DNA of 64,000 nt, from the NCBI GenBank assembly GCA_018240685.1, contig JAFEFG010000004.1:10376-74375 (forward strand). Reading direction: 5' to 3'. The translations under genes were made by a program, and so were the position numbers. The DNA is from Pseudomonadota bacterium (GTDB lineage: Bacteria > Pseudomonadota > Alphaproteobacteria > Reyranellales > Reyranellaceae). Below the pieces are notes generated by a model that did not search any database, was not told the origin of the DNA, and saw nothing but the letters and a program-made list of their open reading frames with translations. Below are positions 58,854-64,000 of the stretch, in pieces; within the stretch, counting starts at the first letter, position 1, and the number at the start of each line of letters is the position of its first letter.

Positions 58854-59573
58854 ATGACCCTCGACCGCGCCGTCATCGATACCTTGTCCGCCGTGTCCAC
58901 GGCGACGCTCACCACGGTCCTGCTGAAGAAGGGGCTGCGCAATGTCTGGATGCGCGGTACGCGGCCACTCAAGCCCGGCCAGCCGCGCCTCGTCGGCCGC
59001 GCCTTCACGCTGCGCTTCGTGCCGGCGCGCGAGGATCTCGCCACGCCCGAATCCTGGTCCTCGCCGCGGTCGACGCGGGCGGCCATCGAGGACATGCCGG
59101 CGGGCTGCATCGCCGTCGCCGATGCAATGGGCGTCACTGATGCCGGCATCTTCGGCGACATCCTGACGGCGCGCATGAAGAAGCGCGGCGTGGCGGGCCT
59201 CGTCACCGACGGCGTCGTGCGCGATCTCGCCGGCGTGCTCGGCACCGGTCTGCCGGTCTGGTGCCAGGGCGGCGCCGCGCCTCCCTCCGTCGCCGGCCTC
59301 ACCTTCGTCGGCTGGCAGGAGCCGATCGGCTGCGGCGGCGTCGCGGTCTTCCCGAACGATGTCGTGGTCGTCGACGACGACGGGGCAGTGCTGATCCCGC
59401 AGGCGCTGCTGGATGACGTGGTTGCGGTCGCGAGCGAGCAGGAGAAGCTCGAAGCCTGGATCATGAGCGAGGTCGAGAGCGGTGCCGCACTGCCCGGCCT
59501 CTATCCGCCGAATGCAGAGAACAAGGCGCGGTACGAAGCCTGGAAAGCGGCCCGCGACAAGGCGGCGGACTGA
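58854..59573 (+). CDS. RraA-like/HMG aldolase family protein
   Basis: GRAFTLRFVP, GIFGDIL, TDGVVRD, PNDVVVVDDDG. Confidence 0.88.
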   Translation: MTLDRAVIDTLSAVSTATLTTVLLKKGLRNVWMRGTRPLKPGQPRLVGRAFTLRFVPAREDLATPESWSSPRSTRAAIEDMPAGCIAVADAMGVTDAGIFGDILTARMKKRGVAGLVTDGVVRDLAGVLGTGLPVWCQGGAAPPSVAGLTFVGWQEPIGCGGVAVFPNDVVVVDDDGAVLIPQALLDDVVAVASEQEKLEAWIMSEVESGAALPGLYPPNAENKARYEAWKAARDKAAD

Positions 59574-59668
59574 AAGCGGCATCGGCGCGTGGGGCGGGCG
59601 AATGCTTCCCGGAAGCCGCCTGTGCCAACGGCTGCGTTCTGCGCAAAATGGATAGCCTGCCGATGACC

Positions 59669-59688
59669 TATACCCTCTAGTGGGTACA
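59669..59688. promoter_or_regulatory. Palindromic operator-like site upstream of plsB
   Basis: tataccctctagtgggtaca, 8 of 10 positions pair. Confidence 0.5.
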
Positions 59689-59781
59689 GGCTGACCGGAC
59701 AGGCGCAGGGCGCCATATGCCCACTTTCGGTTGGCGTGGCTTCATTGGCGGCCGGCATGAGGTGCGGCTCGGCCGGTCTAG

Positions 59782-61596
59782 GTGCCCGCGACGATGTTCA
59801 GGACCCGCAAGGCCGTCGCACGTGAAGTGCTGAACAGCAAGAATTTCGAGGCTGAGCTTTCGATCGTCGCCCGGAAGGCGGGCAAGACGCAGGCCGAGGC
59901 ACGCCGGAAGGCGCTTGGCGATCTCCTGGCGATGGCTTGCATCCAGGTGCCGTTTTTCGGCTTCCTGCTCGACCGAGGGCTGGGGTCGCTTCACACGCGG
60001 GCCTGGTCCTTCGATGTGGATTGGCCGGCCCTGACGCGGCTGCAGAGCGAGCATGCGGGCAAGCCGCTGGTTTTCCTGCCGACGCACCGGTCGTACGCCG
60101 ACGCTTTCATTCTCATGAGGGTCCTTCTGTCGAACCGGATGCCGCCCACTTACGTGCTCGGCGGCGACAATCTCCGGTTCTTCCCGCTTGGCACGATCGG
60201 CCGCCGGGCAGGTATCGTGTTCATCCGGCGCAGCTTCAAGGACGACGAGATCTACAAGCTGGCGCTGCGCAGATACATGCACTACCTCATCGCGTCTGGC
60301 GCCAATCTCGAATGGTACATGGAAGGCGGCCGCTCCAGGACCGGCAAGCTGCGGCCGCCGAAGTACGGCCTCCTCAGATATCTCGTCGATGCGATGGAGG
60401 GCGGTGCCGTTCGCGATATCCTGCTCGTGCCGGTGTCGATCACTTACGACCAGCTGCAGGAAGTCGGGATGATGGTGGCCGAGGAAGCCGGTGCCGCCAA
60501 GGCGAAGGAGGGCGTGGGCTGGCTTGCCGCCTACGTCCAGGCGCAGAGCCGCAAGCTCGGCAAGGCCTATGTGCGTTTCGGAGAGGCCTTCTCGCTGCGC
60601 GAGGCTCGCCCGACCGGCGACGACCAGCTGCCTCGCTGGACGCTCGACAAGATCGCTTTCGAGGTCTTTCAGCGCATCAATCGGGTAACGCCGGTAACGG
60701 CGCCGGCACTCGCCACTCTGGCCCTGCTCAGCGTCCGCGATCATGCGCTCACCTTGCAGGAGGTGCATGACGTGATCGAGCCCTTGCTGGACTACGCCGC
60801 GGCGCGCAACCTGCCGACCTCCGCACTCGGCGCCCTCCACAGCGTGCGCGGCGTCGAGGAGGTTCTCGATACGCTCGTTCGATCGGGTATCGTCGGCCGT
60901 CACGACGGTGGCTTGGAACCAGTCTTTTATATCGAGCCCGGCAAGCATCCGGTCGCCGCATACTACCGCAACAGCGCGATCCACTGGTTCGTCAATCGGG
61001 CGATCGTTGAACTCGGCATCATGGTCGCCGCGCGCGAGGGCGACGGTAACGCGCTGACCCGCGGGCTGGACGCGGCCTTTGCCTGGCGCGACCTGCTGAA
61101 GTTCGAGTTCTTCTTCAGCGAGAAGCCCGTCTTCCAGGAGGAGATCACTGCGGAGGCGCGCCTGCTCGACCCGAACATTCGCGCGCTCGTGTCCGGGCAG
61201 ACGGTGCCGCTGTCCGTCCTCGAGCGGGCGCCGTTCCTCATTGCCCATCGGGTGCTGCCGGCGTTTCTCGAGGCCTACTTCGTCGTTGCCGACCGCCTGG
61301 CGGCGCATCCGGCAGAACTGCCGGTGGAGGAGCGGAAATTCCTCGCGCAGTGCCTCGCGGTCGGCCGGCAGTATGTCCTGCAGAAGCGGTTGAGAAGCCC
61401 GGAATGCGTCAGCCGCGAGCTCTTCACGAACGCCCTTGCGCTGGCGGCCAATCGCGGCCTGCTGCAACCGGGAGCCGGCGATCTTGCGGAAAGGCGGCGT
61501 CAATTCGCTGCCGAAACGGCTGCCGCCGTGGCCGGCGTGGCTGCGATCGGCGACCTCGACTATCGGCTGCGCCACGGCCGGCGGCACCTGCAATGA
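59782..61596 (+). CDS. plsB: Glycerol-3-phosphate acyltransferase (PlsB-type, short form)
   Basis: HRSYAD (HX4D), FIRR, EGGRSRTGK, PVSITYD. Alternative start ATG at 59794. Confidence 0.85.
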   Translation: MPATMFRTRKAVAREVLNSKNFEAELSIVARKAGKTQAEARRKALGDLLAMACIQVPFFGFLLDRGLGSLHTRAWSFDVDWPALTRLQSEHAGKPLVFLPTHRSYADAFILMRVLLSNRMPPTYVLGGDNLRFFPLGTIGRRAGIVFIRRSFKDDEIYKLALRRYMHYLIASGANLEWYMEGGRSRTGKLRPPKYGLLRYLVDAMEGGAVRDILLVPVSITYDQLQEVGMMVAEEAGAAKAKEGVGWLAAYVQAQSRKLGKAYVRFGEAFSLREARPTGDDQLPRWTLDKIAFEVFQRINRVTPVTAPALATLALLSVRDHALTLQEVHDVIEPLLDYAAARNLPTSALGALHSVRGVEEVLDTLVRSGIVGRHDGGLEPVFYIEPGKHPVAAYYRNSAIHWFVNRAIVELGIMVAAREGDGNALTRGLDAAFAWRDLLKFEFFFSEKPVFQEEITAEARLLDPNIRALVSGQTVPLSVLERAPFLIAHRVLPAFLEAYFVVADRLAAHPAELPVEERKFLAQCLAVGRQYVLQKRLRSPECVSRELFTNALALAANRGLLQPGAGDLAERRRQFAAETAAAVAGVAAIGDLDYRLRHGRRHLQ

Positions 61597-63047
61597 CTGC
61601 CGTCGACACCATGGTCGCCGCCATCGAGGCCGGTGCGAGGGGGCCGGCCGTCGGCGCCTTCTTCGACTTCGACGGCACGCTGATCGACGGCTATTCCGCG
61701 GCCGCCTATTTCGGTGACAGATTCCGCCGTCGCGAGATGACCCTCACGGAGGCCATGGATGTCGCGCATCTGGCGTTGCATCCCGACATGGACGAGGCTG
61801 GGTTCGCCGCCGCCATCGGCAGGAGCCTGGCCCCATGGAGCGGACATTCGGAGCAGGAGATCATCGATCTCTGGCTGCGCCTGTTCAGGAGCAAGATCGG
61901 CACCCGGCTCTTTCCCGAGGCGTGGAAGCTTGTGAAAGCCCACCAGCGAATGGGTCATACGGTGGCGATTGCGTCTTCGGCGATGCGGTACCAGGTAGTG
62001 CCCTTCGCGGAGGAACTCGGCATCGGGCATCTGCTGTGCACGCGCGTGGCGGTACGCGATGGCCGGCTGACGGGCGCGATCGAGGGGCCGACGCTGTGGG
62101 GTAATGGCAAGGCCGAAGCGGTTCGTGCCTTCGCGCAGGATCATGATGTCGACCTGTCGCGAAGCCATGGCTACGCGAACGGCAACGAGGACATCGCCTT
62201 CCTCAGGGTCGTGAGGCAGGCGGTTGCCGTGAACCCCAAGCGGATGCTGGCAGCGACCGCACGGCAGGAAGGCTGGAAGGTCCTGCGCTTTGGGAGGCGC
62301 CGCAAGGCCTCGAACTTGGCGGTCGCGCGCAGCGTCGCGGCCTATGGTGCGCTGGCGGCGACGTCGCTTGGGGGAGTGGCCTATGCCGTCGCAACAGGGA
62401 AGAAACGGCGTGCCGCCGAACTGGTCAGCGCGGTGGGCAGCGACGCGATGCTGGCGGTGAGCGGCATCCGCGTTGACCTCCAGGGCGAAGAGCATTTGTG
62501 GGCGCATCGGCCCTCGGTGTTCCTCTTCAATCACCAGAGCAACGTCGATGCCTATGTCCTGCTCAAGCTGTTGAGGCGCGGCATCGTCGCCGTCGCCAAG
62601 AAGGAGGCGGCCCATTTCCCGCTGCTCGGGCAGATCATGCGGGCGCTCGATTTCGCCTTCATCGACCGCGCCAACACGCGCGACGCCATCGAGGCGTTGC
62701 GACCAGCGGTCGATCGGCTCAGGGCCGGACTAAGCGTCGTGATCGCGCCGGAGGGAACACGCAGCTTCACGCCGAGACTGGGACGTTTCAAGAAAGGCGG
62801 CTTCCACATCGCGATGCAGGCCGGCGCGCCCATCGTGCCGGTGGTCCTGCGCAATACCTACGAGGTCATGCCGCGCGACTCGCTGCTGTTCCGACCCGGT
62901 ACGGTGCAGGTGTGTGCGCTGCCTCCAATCGACGTGACGGCATGGAGGGGCGAGGATCTCGACGATCATGTTGCCGACGTGCGGAGCCTCTTCCAGCGTA
63001 CCCTCGACGACTGGCCCCGATCTCGCACCGATCCGGCCCACGACTGA
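61593..63047 (+). CDS. plsC: HAD-IB phosphatase-1-acylglycerol-3-phosphate acyltransferase fusion
   Basis: DFDGTL at the N-terminus; NHQSNVD, FIDR and PEGTRS in the C-terminal half; ATGA overlap with plsB. Confidence 0.85.
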   Translation: MTAVDTMVAAIEAGARGPAVGAFFDFDGTLIDGYSAAAYFGDRFRRREMTLTEAMDVAHLALHPDMDEAGFAAAIGRSLAPWSGHSEQEIIDLWLRLFRSKIGTRLFPEAWKLVKAHQRMGHTVAIASSAMRYQVVPFAEELGIGHLLCTRVAVRDGRLTGAIEGPTLWGNGKAEAVRAFAQDHDVDLSRSHGYANGNEDIAFLRVVRQAVAVNPKRMLAATARQEGWKVLRFGRRRKASNLAVARSVAAYGALAATSLGGVAYAVATGKKRRAAELVSAVGSDAMLAVSGIRVDLQGEEHLWAHRPSVFLFNHQSNVDAYVLLKLLRRGIVAVAKKEAAHFPLLGQIMRALDFAFIDRANTRDAIEALRPAVDRLRAGLSVVIAPEGTRSFTPRLGRFKKGGFHIAMQAGAPIVPVVLRNTYEVMPRDSLLFRPGTVQVCALPPIDVTAWRGEDLDDHVADVRSLFQRTLDDWPRSRTDPAHD

Positions 63048-63112
63048 CGGCGGGCCTCCGATGTGGCGTCGATGGAAACGACGCTGCGCCCTGGACAGGC
63101 CGACAGTGCATG

Positions 63113-63142
63113 AAAAAAGCCGCCCGCGGCCCGGACGGCTTT
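63113..63142. terminator. Terminator-like hairpin
   Basis: aaaaaagccgcccg-cggcc-cggacggcttt with one mismatch; the longer U-tract is on the minus strand. Confidence 0.6.
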
Positions 63143-63206
63143 CTGTCCCAACCGAACTAGACGAAAAGAAACAGTCTGGCAACGGTCGGCGTGCTGCAAT
63201 AGATGA

Positions 63207-63231
63207 GTCCCCCTTCGCGCCAAAAGGGGAC
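63207..63231 (+). promoter_or_regulatory. Hairpin pairing the Shine-Dalgarno of the Hsp70-like gene
   Basis: gtccccctt-cgcgccaa-aaggggac; the AAGGGGA SD is fully paired. Confidence 0.5.
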
Positions 63232-63235
63232 GACG

Positions 63236-64000
63236 ATGATCGCTTGCGGATTGGACTTCGGGACGTCGAACTCGGCGATCGGCGTCGCTCGCGACGAGAC
63301 GGCTGTGCTGGCGCCGATCGAGGCGAGCAACACGCTGATGCCGAGCGCCGTGTTCTTCGACTACGAGGTCAGAGGCCAGGTCCTGTTCGGCAACGAGGCC
63401 GTCGCGGCCTATGTTGGGCAGACCGAAGGCCGGTTGATGCGGGCGCTCAAGTCGCTGCTGGGCTCTCCCCTGATCAACGAGGAGACCAGCCTGGGAGGCC
63501 GCAAGGTTCCGCTCACGGAAGTCGTCGAGATCTTCGTGCGGCACCTGAAGGGCAAGGCCGAAGCCTTCGCCGGCCGCGAGATCACCACTGTCGTGCATGG
63601 CCGGCCGGTGCGCTTCGTCGATGACGACGACAAGGCCGATGCGCGGGCACAGGAGGTCCTGGAGGCCATTGCCCGACGGGCGGGCTTTCGCGACATCCGG
63701 TTCGTGTACGAGCCCATCGCGGCTGCCCATCACTACGAGCAGACCGTGCAGAGCGAGGAAGTGGTACTCATCGCCGACATCGGCGGCGGCACCAGCGATT
63801 TTTCCATCATCCGCATCGGCCCTCAGCACCGGTCCAGCGCCGACCGCAGCCGGGACGTGCTCGCGAACACCGGCGTGCACATCGGCGGCACGGATTTCGA
63901 CACGGCCCTCAGCCTCGTGGCGATAATGCCGTTGCTGGGCCTCGGAACACAGCTGGTCGAAAAGAACCTGCCGATGCCGAACGCGCCCTATCATGAGCTC
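63236..64000 (+). CDS. yegD: Hsp70-family protein, YegD-like, 3' end runs off the window
   Basis: Manual translation: MIACGLDFGTSNS, GRLMRALKSLLGS, VHGRPVRF, YEPIAAA, DIGGGTSDF; open to the window end. Confidence 0.85.
   Translation, partial: MIACGLDFGTSNSAIGVARDETAVLAPIEASNTLMPSAVFFDYEVRGQVLFGNEAVAAYVGQTEGRLMRALKSLLGSPLINEETSLGGRKVPLTEVVEIFVRHLKGKAEAFAGREITTVVHGRPVRFVDDDDKADARAQEVLEAIARRAGFRDIRFVYEPIAAAHHYEQTVQSEEVVLIADIGGGTSDFSIIRIGPQHRSSADRSRDVLANTGVHIGGTDFDTALSLVAIMPLLGLGTQLVEKNLPMPNAPYHEL

Overview
High-GC alphaproteobacterial chromosome segment (Reyranella-like by gene content; inference) with about 65 genes. No rRNA, tRNA, CRISPR array, IS or prophage was seen. The housekeeping backbone is cimA, emrAB-type efflux, trmJ, rpsD, purC-purS-purQ-purL-bolA-grxD, DUF1476 and purB. 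It is interleaved with accessory catabolic and regulatory modules. The best candidate for an undescribed system is at 1.9-7.9 kb. A perfect CRP box (TGTGA-N6-TCACA, 1937-1952) sits at class II activator spacing from a -10 hexamer. It heads an apparent operon encoding a flavin monooxygenase-like ACAD, a SAM-class III cyclase-STAND ATPase-TPR protein with non-canonical base-specifying residues, a His-free DUF4242 protein, and a Crp regulator whose recognition helix matches that box. Together these suggest a self-contained cyclic-nucleotide feedback loop. Other notable items: an E. coli-type purB at the usual alphaproteobacterial purB position; a sigma54/MarR/AmiC-like amide or nitrile locus with a CX3C amidase; a mycobacterial-style PlsB plus HAD-PlsC pair; a Tat-exported beta-carbonic anhydrase-like enzyme; a His-rich AtzH-like protein; and an SD-sequestering hairpin before a YegD-like Hsp70. 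All calls come from reading translations and motifs by eye; no database searches were run.
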